Shown here: positions 1-12,063 of the stretch, piece after piece
How the letters are laid out: each line of letters begins with the position of its first letter
How positions within the stretch are numbered: the first letter of the stretch is position 1
DNA from: Nemertoderma westbladi
Taxonomy: Eukaryota > Animalia > Xenacoelomorpha
Reading direction: 5' to 3'
Assembly: GCA_032718475.1 (NCBI GenBank)
Contig: JAUCBJ010007674.1
Coordinates: 1 to 64,000, forward strand
Length of the DNA: 64,000 bases
Notes under the pieces: generated by a model
Told to the model about the DNA's origin: nothing
The model's database searches: none
What the model saw: only the letters and a program-made list of their open reading frames with translations
Made by a program: the position numbers and the translations under genes

Positions 1-127
1 GACTTAAAGTGTAAAAATAAATACAATAGTTCTACAGTTAGGTTATTAATAATTGTTTAATCGGTTATCAATTATTAACCAATGACAATACCTACTAGGA
101 TCGGCATGCTGCATTGCAGCTGCATTT

Positions 128-430
128 TTAAGAACGCTGTGCCGGCTTGTCAACAAAATTGCACCGCCACAACTCCCTATCACCCATGACATTTGCTAGA
201 TCATCCGCATCTTTAAGGCCAGTGTCCTTTAAGATGCGTCTGAAGAAAGTCATGGGCTGTCCACCAAGCTTATTCACTCCATGAGGCTGCCAAAGTACAA
301 GATTATGCACTGGCTGGTCCTCACGGCGAAAGCAATGTCCTGCAAAGCGGAGGCGATTTTGTTCTAGTGTCAAGCTTGGGGGAACCAATGAGACACCTCC
401 AATGTTATATAGTGTCTGGTATGACAATAC
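128..430 (-). mobile_element. 5'-truncated RTE-clade non-LTR retrotransposon, C-terminal fragment of the RT ORF
   Basis: Translation QNRLRFAGHCFRREDQPVHNLVLWQPHG...GGQPMTF...LKDTGL...LANVMGDRELWR fits the typical RTE ORF C-terminus (RLRFAGHC, LWxP, DTG, MxDRxxWR). Stop at 128-130. The upstream part of ORF 128..505 is only repeat read-through. Confidence 0.75.
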
Positions 431-441
431 CAAACAACGGC

Positions 442-3400
442 GGGTAACAAACATCCCACCGTTTACAGGTTCTACATGACTCACTTCCAGTAACCAACCT
501 CCCACCGATAACAGGTTTTACATGACTCACTTCCGGTAACGAAACTCAAACCGATTACAGGTTCTACATAACTCACTTCCGGTAACCAACCTCCCACCGA
601 TTACAGGTTCTACATGACTCACTTCCGGTAACCAACCTCCCACCGATTACAGGTATCACATGACTCACTTCCGGTAACCTACCTCCCACCGAGTACAGGT
701 TCTACATGACTCACTTCCGGTAACCTACCTCCCACCGAGTACAGGTTCTACATGACTCACTTCCTCTAACCAACCTCCCACCGATTACAGGTTCTACATG
801 ACTCACTTCCGGTAACCAACCTCCCACCGATTACAGGTTCTACATGACTTACTTCCGGTAAACAAACCTCCCACAGATTACAGGTTCTACATGACTCACT
901 TCCGGTAACAAACCTTCCACCGAGTATAGGTTCTACATGACACACTTCCGGTAACGAACCTCCCACCGATTACAGGTTCTACATGACTCACTTCCGGTAA
1001 ACAAACCTCCCACAGATTACAGGTTCTACATGACTCACTTCCGGTAACAAACCTTCCACTGAGTATAGGTTCTACATGACTCACTTCCGGTAACGAACCT
1101 CCCACCGATTACAGGTTCTATATGACTCACTTCCGGTAACGAAGCTCCCACCGATTACAGGTTCTACATGACTTGCTTCCGGTAACGAACCTCCCACCGA
1201 TAACAGGTTCTACATGACTCGCTTCCGGAAACGAACCTCCCACCGATAACATGTTTTACATGACTCACTTCCGGTAACGAACCTCCCACCGATTACAGGT
1301 ACTACATGACTCACTTCCGGTAACGAACCTCCTACCGATTACAGGTTCTACATGACTCACTTCCGGTAACGAACCTCCCACCGATTACAGGTTCTATATG
1401 ATTCACTTCCGGTAACGAACCTCCCACCGATTACAGGTTCTACATGAATCGCTTCCGGTAACGAACCTCCCACCGATAACAGGTTTTACATGACTCACTT
1501 CCGGTAACGAACCTCCCACCGATTACAGGTACTACATGACTCACTTCCGGTAACAAACCTCCCACCGATTACAGGTTCTACATGACTCACTTCCGGTAAC
1601 GAACCTCCCACCGATTACAGGTTCTACATGACTCACTTCCGGTAACCAACCTCCCACCGATTACAGGTTCTACATGACTCACTTCCGGTAACGAACCTCC
1701 CACCGATTACAGGTTCTACATGACTCGCTTCCGGTAACGAACCTCCCATCGATTACAGGTTCTACATGACTCACTTGCGGTAACCAACCTCTCACCGATT
1801 ACAGGTTCTACATGACTCACTTCCGGTAACGAACCTCCCACCGATTACAGGTTCTACTTGACTCACTTCCGGTAACGAACCTCCCACCGATTTCAGGTAC
1901 TACATGACTCGCTTCCGGTAACCAACCTCTCACCGATTACAGGTTCTACATGACTCGCTTCCGGTAACGAAACTCCCACCGATTACAGGTTCTACTTGAC
2001 TCACTTCCGGTAACGAACCTCCCACCGATTTCAGGTACTACATGACTCGCTTCCGGTAACAAACCTCCCACCGATTACAGGTTCTACATGACTCACTTCC
2101 GGTAACGAACTTCCCACCGATTACAGGTTCTACATGACTCACTTCCGGTAACCAACCTCCCACCGATTACAGGTTCTACATGACTCACTTCCGGTAACGA
2201 ACCTCCCACCGATAACAGGTTTTACATGACTCCTTCCGGTAACGAACCTCCCACCGATTACAGGTACTACATGACTCACTTCCGGTAACAAACCTCCCAC
2301 CGATTACAGGTTCTACATGACTCACTTCCGGTAACGAACCTCCCACCGATTACAGGTTCTACATGACTCACTTCCGGTAACCAACCTCCCACCGATTACA
2401 GGTTCTACATGACTCACTTCTGGTAACGAACCTCCCACCGATTACAGGTTCTACTTGACTCACTTCCGGTAACGAACCTCCCACCGATTTCAGGTACTAC
2501 ATGACTCGCTTCCGGTAACCAACCTCTCACCGATTACAAGTTCTACATGACTCGCTTCCGGTAACGAAACTCCCACCGATTACAGGTTCTACATGACTCA
2601 CTTCCGGTAACGAACCTCCCACCGATTACAGGTTCTACATGACTCACTTCCGGTAACCAACCTCCCACCGATTACAGGTTCTACATGACTCACTTCCGGT
2701 AACGAACCTCCCACCGATAACAGGTTTTACATGACTCCTTCCGGTAACGAACCTCCCACCGATTACAGGTACTACATGACTCACTTCCGGTAACAAACCT
2801 CCCACCGATTACAGGTTCTACATGACTCACTTCCGGTAACGAACCTCCCACCGATTACAGGTTCTACATGACTCACTTCCGGTAACCAACCTTCCACCGA
2901 TTACAGGTTCTACATGACTCACTTCCGGTAACGAACCTCCCACCGATTACAGGTTCTACATGACTCACTTCCGGTAACGAACCTCCCACCGATTACAGGT
3001 TCTACATGACTCACTTCCGGTAAACAAACCTCCCACAGATTACAGGTTCTACATGACTCACTTCCGGTAACAAACCTTCCACCGAGTATAGGTTCTACAT
3101 GACTCACTTCCGGTAACGAACCTCCCACCGATTACAGGTTCTACATGACTCACTTCTGGTAACGAACCTCCCACCGATTACAGGTTCTACATGACTCACT
3201 TCCGGTAACGAACCTCCCACAGATTACAGGTTCTACATGACTCACTTCCGGTAACAAACCTTCCACCGAGTATAGGCTCTACATGACTCACTTCCGGTAA
3301 CGAACCTCCCACCGATTACAGGTTCTACATGACTCACTTCTGGTAACGAACCTCCCACCGATTACAGGTTCTACATGACTCACTTCCGGTAACGAACCTC

Positions 3401-3852
3401 CCACCGATTACAGGTTTTACATGACTCACTTCCGGTAACGAACCTCCCACCGATTACAGGTTTTACATGACTCACTTCCGGTAACGAACCTCCCACCGAT
3501 TACAGGTTTTACATGACTCACTTCCGGTAACGAACCTCCCACCGATTACAGGTTCTACATGACTCACTTCCGGTAACGAACCTCCCACCGATTACAGGTT
3601 TTACATGACTCACTTCCGGTAACGAACCTCCCACCGATTACAGGTTTTACATGACTCACTTCTGGTAACGAACCTCCCACCGATTACAGGTTTTACATGA
3701 CTCACTTCCGGTAACGAACCTCCCACCGATTACAGGTTTTACATGACACACTTCCGGTAACGAACCTCCCACCGGCCGATTACAGGTTTTACATGACTCA
3801 CTTCCGGTAACGAACCTCCCACCGATTACAGGTTTTACATGACTCACTTCCG
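442..3852. repeat. 46-bp tandem repeat, about 74 copies, consensus GATTACAGGTTCTACATGACTCACTTCCGGTAACGAACCTCCCACC
   Basis: Period read directly (GATTACAG at 1567 and 1613). The left edge is degenerate. The right edge ends at the exon/intron junction at 3847/3848. Confidence 0.97.
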
Positions 3853-4013
3853 CACTGGGCTATCCACCTCCGTGCTCGGCGCATTCAGGTCTTCGATCGA
3901 CGACCAGGTCATCTTCGCAAGCTCGTCGGATGTCTCCGATCTGGTATCGGTGTACGACGATAAACGTCTCTCTATTATTCGCCCTTCTGCCTCGCCAATC
4001 TCCTTGATGGAAC
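3848..4013 (-). CDS. Internal exon (5th in window) of the Ig I-set/IQ-motif protein gene: (G)SIKEIGEAEGRIIERRLSSYTDTRSETSDELAKMTWSSIEDLNAPSTEVDSPVR
   Basis: Acceptor tttttag|GT at 4014/4013 and donor CGGAA|gtgagt at 3848/3847. The frame is open and the phase-1 start matches the phase-1 end of exon 4476-4701. GC-richer than the AT-rich intron next to it. Confidence 0.75.
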
Positions 4014-4475
4014 CTAAAAAATAATATAAAAAATTAGAAAACATATTATATTAGAATAAAAATATTTTTTTATTGGTGACAGCTATAGCGTAAGTTACTG
4101 TAATCAATAAAACAAACCTTAAAATTAAATAAAAAAAATTTACAAGTAAATATAGTAAAAAATTTGAATTTAATGCATTCATAATGATGTTGATGGGAAC
4201 AGCCGACCGTAGCTAACGCTCTGATGGTAGTGTTAGTTTATATGTTATTTAAAGACTATATAAAATATGGGATTTTAAGTGTTTTGAGAATGTTAATTTT
4301 GTTATATTTTTATTAATAGAACATTGGATACTGTTCCAAATGGAAGGACCTTGAAGACGCCAGGATTGTTGCGTAGATGTAGGTTTAACTAGGGGTTAGA
4401 TGTGAATTCAATGCACCCACTACAACAAGGTGGAACTTTATAGTAACTATATTACACTGTATATTGTATACCTAC

Positions 4476-4701
4476 CTCCATGATCACGCACTACAACCGT
4501 TTGATAATAGTGGTTTTCGTATTCGGCGTTGGTCATTACGTGGAGTCGTTCCCGGAACTGACGACGGACTTCCGGGATGTTCATCAACTCCGAATGGTAT
4601 AAATCCTTTAGGAAGTTGAAACGCGTGCGGGTGGCGGTTCCCCTCCATAGCCGCTGGATATCCACAGCCGAACGGACAATAACCGGGTCGACAGATCGAG
4701 T
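4476..4701 (-). CDS. Internal exon (4th in window) with IQ calmodulin-binding motif: TRSVDPVIVRSAVDIQRLWRGTATRTRFNFLKDLYHSELMNIPEVRRQFRERLHVMTNAEYENHYYQTVVVRDHG
   Basis: Acceptor ttgtttgcag|ACT at 4702/4701 and donor GGAG|gtaggt at 4476/4475. IQRLWRGTATR (4627-4659) fits IQxxxRGxxxR. Phase 0 in, phase 1 out, compatible with both neighbours. Confidence 0.8.
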
Positions 4702-4772
4702 CTGCAAACAATCAAGCAATCGATCACGATAAGGTAGTAAATAGAGTCCGAAATCGAATGTTATAGATGGAC

Positions 4773-7700
4773 CAACACAGATGCCGAGGTAGTAGTAGAC
4801 AACAATAGGAGTGTCAAACACAGACACTGGGGTAGTAGTAGATAACAATATGAGTGTCAAACACAGACACTGAGGTAGTAGTAGATAACAATAGGAGTGT
4901 CAAACACAGACACTGGGGTAGTAGTAGATAACAATAGGAGTGTCAAACACAGACACTGGGGTAGTAGTAGACAACAATAGGAGTGTCAAACACAGACACT
5001 GGGGTAGTAGTAGACAACAATAGGAGTGTCAAACACAGACATTGGGGTAGTAGTAGACAACAATAGGAGTGTCAAACACAGACACTGAGGTAGTAGTAGA
5101 CAACAATAGGAGTGTCAAACACAGACACTGGGGTAGTAGTAGACAACAATAGGAGTGTCAAACACAGACACTGAGGTAGTAGTAGACAACAATAGGAGTG
5201 TCAAACACAGACACTGGGGTAGTAGTAGACAACAATAGGAGTGTCAAACACAGACATTGGGGTAGTAGTAGACAACAATAGGAGTGTCAAACACAGACAC
5301 TGAGGTAGTAGTAGACAACAATAGGAGTGTCAAACACAGACACTGGGGTAGTAGTAGACAACAATAGGAGTGTCAAACACAGACACTGGGGTAGTAGTAG
5401 ACAACAATAGGAGTGTCAAACACAGACACTGAGGTAGTAGTAGACAACAATAGGAGTGTCAAACACAGACACTGGGGTAGTAGTAGACAACAATAGGAGT
5501 GTCAAACACAGACACTGGGGTAGTAGTAGATAACAATAGGAGTGTCAAACACAGACACTGAGGTAGTAGTAGACAACAATAGGAGTGTCAAACACAGACA
5601 CTGGGGTAGTAGTAGACAACAATAGGAGTGTCAAACACAGACACTGAGGTAGTAGTAGACAACAATAGGAGTGTCAAACACAGACACTGGGGTAGTAGTA
5701 GACAACAATAGGAGTGTCAAACACAGACACTGGGGTAGTAGTAGACAACAATAGGAGTGTCAAACACAGACACTGGGGTAGTAGTAGACAACAATAGGAG
5801 TGTCAAACACAGACATTGGGGTAGTAGTAGACAACAATAGGAGTGTCAAACACAGACACTGAGGTAGTAGTAGACAACAATAGGAGTGTCAAACACAGAC
5901 ACTGGGGTAGTAGTAGACAACAATAGGAGTGTCAAACACAGACACTGGGGTAGTAGTAGACAACAATAGGAGTGTCAAACACAGACACTGAGGTAGTAGT
6001 AGACAACAATAGGAGTGTCAAACACAGACACTGGGGTAGTAGTAGACAACAATAGGAGTGTCAAACACAGACACTGGGGTAGTAGTAGATAACAATAGGA
6101 GTGTCAAACACAGACACTGGGGTAGTAGTAGACAACAATAGGAGTGTCAAACACAGACACTGGGGTAGTAGTAGATAACAATAGGAGTGTCAAACACAGA
6201 CACTGGGGTAGTAGTAGACAACAATAGGAGTGTCAAACACAGACACTGAGGTAGTAGTAGACAACAATAGGAGTGTCAAACACAGACACTGAGGTAGTAG
6301 TAGATAACAATAGGAGTGAAAACACAGACACTGAGGTAGTTATAGACAACAATAGGAGTGCCATACACAGACACTGAGGTAGTAGTAGACAACAATAGGA
6401 GTGTCAAACACAGACACTGAGGTAGTAGTAGACAACAATAGGAGTGTCAAACACAGACACTGAGGTAGTAGTAGACAACAATAGGAGTGTCAAACACAGA
6501 CACTGAGGTAGTAGTAGACAACAATAGGAGTGTCAAACACAGACACTGGGGTAGTAGTAGACAACAATAGGAGTGTCAAACACAGACACTGGGGTAGTAG
6601 TAGACAACAATAGGAGTGTCAAACACAGACACTGAGGTAGTAGTAGACAACAATAGGAGTGTCAAACACAGACACTGGGGTAGTAGTAGACAACAATAGG
6701 AGTGTCAAACACAGACACTGGGGTAGTAGTAGATAACAATAGGAGTGTCAAACACAGACACTGGGGTAGTAGTAGACAACAATAGGAGTGTCAAACACAG
6801 ACACTGGGGTAGTAGTAGACAACAATAGGAGTGTCAAACACAGACACTGAGGTAGTAGTAGACAACAATAGGAGTGTCAAACACAGACACTGAGGTAGTA
6901 GTAGATAACAATAGGAGTGTCAAACACAGACACTGAGGTAGTAGTAGACAACAATAGGAGTGTCAAACACAGACACTGGGGTAGTAGTAGACAACAATAG
7001 GAGTGTCAAACACAGACACTGGGGTAGTAGTAGACAACAATAGGAGTGTCAAACACAGACACTGAGGTAGTAGTAGACAACAATAGGAGTGTCAAACACA
7101 GACACTGGGGTAGTAGTAGACAACAATAGGAGTGTCAAACACAGACACTGGGGTAGTAGTAGATAACAATAGGAGTGTCAAACACAGACACTGGGGTAGT
7201 AGTAGACAACAATAGGAGTGTCAAACACAGACACTGGGGTAGTAGTAGACAACAATAGGAGTGTCAAACACAGACACTGAGGTAGTAGTAGACAACAATA
7301 GGAGTGTCAAACACAGACACTGAGGTAGTAGTAGATAACAATAGGAGTGTCAAACACAGACACTGAGGTAGTAGTAGACAACAATAGGAGTGTCAAACAC
7401 AGACACTGGGGTAGTAGTAGACAACAATAGGAGTGTCAAACACAGACACTGGGGTAGTAGTAGACAACAATAGGAGTGTCAAACACAGACACTGAGGTAG
7501 TAGTAGACAACAATAGGAGTGTCAAACACAGACACTGGGGTGGTAGTAGACAACAATAGGAGTGTCAAACACAGACACTGGGGTAGTAGTAGATAACAAT
7601 AGGAGTGTCAAACACAGACACTGGGGTAGTAGTAGACAACAATAGGAGTGTCAAACACAGACACTGGGGTAGTAGTAGATAACAATAGGAGTGTCAAACA

Positions 7701-10700
7701 CAGACACTGGGGTAGTAGTAGACAACAATAGGAGTGTCAAACACAGACACTGAGGTAGTAGTAGACAACAATAGGAGTGTCAAACACAGACACTGAGGTA
7801 GTAGTAGATAACAATAGGAGTGAAAACACAGACACTGAGGTAGTTATAGACAACAATAGGAGTGCCATACACAGACACTGAGGTAGTAGTAGACAACAAT
7901 AGGAGTGTCAAACACAGACACTGAGGTAGTAGTAGACAACAATAGGAGTGTCAAACACAGACACTGAGGTAGTAGTAGACAACAATAGGAGTGTCAAACA
8001 CAGACACTGAGGTAGTAGTAGACAACAATAGGAGTGTCAAACACAGACACTGAGGTAGTAGTAGATAACAATAGGAGTGTCAAACACAGACACTGAGGTA
8101 GTAGTAGATAACAATAGGAGTGTCAAACACAGACACTGAGGTAGTAGTAGACAACAATAGGAGTGAAAACACAGACATTGGGGTAGTAGTAGACAACAAT
8201 AGGAGTGTCAAACACAGACACTGGGGTAGTAGTAGACAACAATAGGAGTGTCAAACACAGACACTGGGGTAGTATTAGACAACAATAGGAGTGTCAAACA
8301 CAGACACTGAGATAGTAGTAGATAACAATAGGAGTGTCAAACACAGACACTGGGGTAGTAGTAGACAACAATAGGAGTGTCAAACACAGACACTGGGGTA
8401 GTAGTAGATAACAATAGGAGTGTCAAACACAGACACTGGGGTAGTAGTAGACAACAATAGGAGTGTCAAACACAGACACTGGGGTAGTAGTAGATAACAA
8501 TAGGAGTGTCAAACACAGACACTGGGGTAGTAGTAGACAACAATAGGAGTGTCAAACACAGACACTGAGGTAGTAGTAGACAACAATAGGAGTGTCAAAC
8601 ACAGACACTGAGGTAGTAGTAGATAACAATAGGAGTGAAAACACAGACACTGAGGTAGTTATAGACAACAATAGGAGTGCCATACACAGACACTGAGGTA
8701 GTAGTAGACAACAATAGGAGTGTCAAACACAGACACTGAGGTAGTAGTAGACAACAATAGGAGTGTCAAACACAGACACTGAGGTAGTAGTAGACAACAA
8801 TAGGAGTGTCAAACACAGACACTGAGGTAGTAGTAGACAACAATAGGAGTGTCAAACACAGACACTGAGGTAGTAGTAGATAACAATAGGAGTGTCAAAC
8901 ACAGACACTGAGGTAGTAGTAGATAACAATAGGAGTGTCAAACACAGACACTGAGGTAGTAGTAGACAACAATAGGAGTGAAAACACAGACATTGGGGTA
9001 GTAGTAGACAACAATAGGAGTGTCAAACACAGACACTGGGGTAGTAGTAGACAACAATAGGAGTGAAAACACAGACACTGAGGTAGTAGTAGACAATAAT
9101 AGGAGTGTCAAACACATACACTGGGGTAGTAGTAGACAACAATAGGAGTGTCAAACACAGACACTGGGGTAGTAGTAGACAACAATAGGAGTGAAAACAC
9201 AGACACTGAGGTAGTAGTAGACAATAATAGGAGTGTCAAACACAGACACTGGGGTAGTAGTAGACAACAATAGGAGTGAAAACACAGACACTGAGGTAGT
9301 AGTAGACAATAATAGGAGTGTCAAACACATACACTGGGGTAGTAGTAGACAACAATAGGAGTGTCAAACACAGACACTGGGGTAGTAGTAGACAACAATA
9401 GGAGTGAAAACACAGACACTGAGGTAGTAGTAGACAATAATAGGAGTGTCAAACACAGACACTGGGGTAGTAGTAGATAACAATAGGAGTGTCAAACACA
9501 GACACTGTGGTAGTAGTAGATAACAATAGGAGTGTCAAACACAGACATTGGGGTAGTAGTAGACAACAATAGGAGTGTCAAACACAGACACTGAGGTAGT
9601 AGTAGATAACAATAGGAGTGTCAAACACAGACACTGGGGTAGTAGTAGACAACAATAGGAGTGTCAAACACAGACATTGGGGTAGTAGTAGACAACAATA
9701 GGAGTGTCAAACACAGACACTGAGGTAGTAGTAGATAACAATAGGAGTGTCAAACACAGACATTGGGGTAGTAGTAGACAACAATAGGAGTGTCAAACAC
9801 AGACATTGGGGTAGTAGTAGACAACAATAGGAGTGTCAAACACAGACACTGAGGTAGTAGTAGATAACAATAGGAGTGTCAAACACAGACACTGGGGTAG
9901 TAGTAGATAACAATAGGAGTGAAAACACAGACACTGAGGTAGTAGTAGACAACAATAGGAGTGAAAACACAGACACTGGGGTAGTAGTAGATAACAATAG
10001 GAGTGTCAAACACAGACATTGAGGTAGTAGTAGACAACAATAGGAGTGAAAACACAGACACTGAGGTAGTAGTAGACAACAATAGGAGTGTCAAACACAG
10101 ACACTGAGGTAGTAGTAGACAACAATAGGAGTGTCAAACACAGACACTGAGGTAGTAGTAGACAACAATAGGAGTGTCAAACACAGACATTGGGGTAGTA
10201 GTAGACAACAATAGGAGTGTCAAACACAGACACTGAGGTAGTAGTAGACAACAATAGGAGTGTCAAACACAGACACTGAGGTAGTAGTAGATAACAATAG
10301 GAGTGTCAAACACAGACACTGAGGTAGTAGTAGATAACAATAGGAGTGTCAAACACAGACATTGAGGTAGTAGTAGATAACAATAGGAGTGAAAACACAG
10401 ACACTGAGGTAGTAGTAGACAACAATAGGAGTGTCAAACACAGACACTGGGGTAGTTGTAGATAACAATAGGAGTGTCAAACACAGACACTGAGGTAGTA
10501 GTAGATAACAACATGAGTGTCAAACACAGACACTGGGGTAGTAGTAGACAACAATAGGAGTGTCAAACACAGACACTGAGGTAGTAGTAGACAACAATAG
10601 GAGTGTCAAACACAGACACTGAGGTAGTAGTAGACAACAATAGGAGTGTCAAACACAGACATTGGGGTAGTAGTAGACAACAATAGGAGTGTCAAACACA

Positions 10701-11875
10701 GACATTGGGGTAGTAGTAGACAACAATAGGAGTGTCAAACACAGACACTGAGGTAGTAGTAGACAACAATAGGAGTGTCAAACACAGACACTGAGGTAGT
10801 AGTAGACAACAATAGGAGTGTCAAACACAGACACTGAGGTAGTAGTAGACAACAATAGGAGTGTCAAACACAGACATTGGGGTAGTAGTAGACAACAATA
10901 GGAGTGTCAAACACAGACACTGAGGTAGTAGTAGACAACAATAGGAGTGTCAAACACAGACACTGAGGTAGTAGTAGATAACAATAGGAGTGTCAAACAC
11001 AGACACTGAGGTAGTAGTAGATAACAATAGGAGTGTCAAACACAGACACTGAGGTAGTAGTAGACAACAATAGGAGTGAAAACACAGACATTGGGGTAGT
11101 AGTAGACAACAATAGGAGTGTCAAACACAGACACTGGGGTAGTAGTAGACAACAATAGGAGTGAAAACACAGACACTGAGGTAGTAGTAGACAATAATAG
11201 GAGTGTCAAACACAGACACTGGGGTAGTAGTAGACAACAATAGGAGTGAAAACACAGACACTGTGGTAGTAGTAGACAACAATAGGAGTGCCAAACACAG
11301 ACACTGAGGTAGTAGTAGACAACAATAGGAGTGTCAAACACAGACACTGAGGTAGTAGTAGATAACAATAGGAGTGTCAAACACAGACACTGAGGTAGTA
11401 GTAGATAACAATAGGAGTGTCAAACACAGACACTGTGGTAGTAGTAGATAACAATAGGAGTGTCAAACACAGACATTGGGGTAGTAGTAGACAACAATAG
11501 GAGTGTCAAACACAGACATTGGGGTAGTAGTAGACAACAATAGGAGTGTCAAACACAGACACTGAGGTAGTAGTAGATAACAATAGGAGTGTCAAACACA
11601 GACACTGGGGTAGTAGTAGATAACAATAGGAGTGAAAACACAGACACTGAGGTAGTAGTAGACAACAATAGGAGTGAAAACACAGACACTGGGGTAGTAG
11701 TAGATAACAATAGGAGTGTCAAACACAGACATTGAGGTAGTAGTAGACAACAATAGGAGTGAAAACACAGACACTGAGGTAGTAGTAGACAACAATAGGA
11801 GTGTCAAACACAGACACTGAGGTAGTAGTAGACAACAATAGGAGTGTCAAACACAGACATTGGGGTAGTAGTAGA
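4773..11875. repeat. 43/42-bp satellite array, left arm; consensus GGTAGTAGTAGA(C/T)AACAATAGGAGTGTCAAACACAGACACTG(A/G)
   Basis: Head-to-tail monomers seen directly. The 42-bp variant has GTGAAAACAC in place of GTGTCAAACAC. Confidence 0.99.
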
Positions 11876-12063
11876 TTACAGCATTAGGCCTACGCGAAAT
11901 CCAGTAATCAGTCAGTATGTAGGTCATAGCTCAATGCAGTTTCCGTACTACTTTTAACCTACACTTACTGCTTGCTTATTTTAATTTATATAATTTTAAA
12001 TATTACGACGACTCATCATCCTACTGCATAACTCGGTGCCGGTGCTTCGACCAACGGTACATT

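Noticed and set aside
766-3847. Cys-rich ORFs (MGGSLPEVSHVEP...)
   Set aside because: Read-through of the 46-bp repeat.
4447-4860. ORF 4447..4860 and ORF 3844..4044 as standalone genes
   Set aside because: Their N-termini are satellite or intron sequence. Only the splice-bounded parts look coding.
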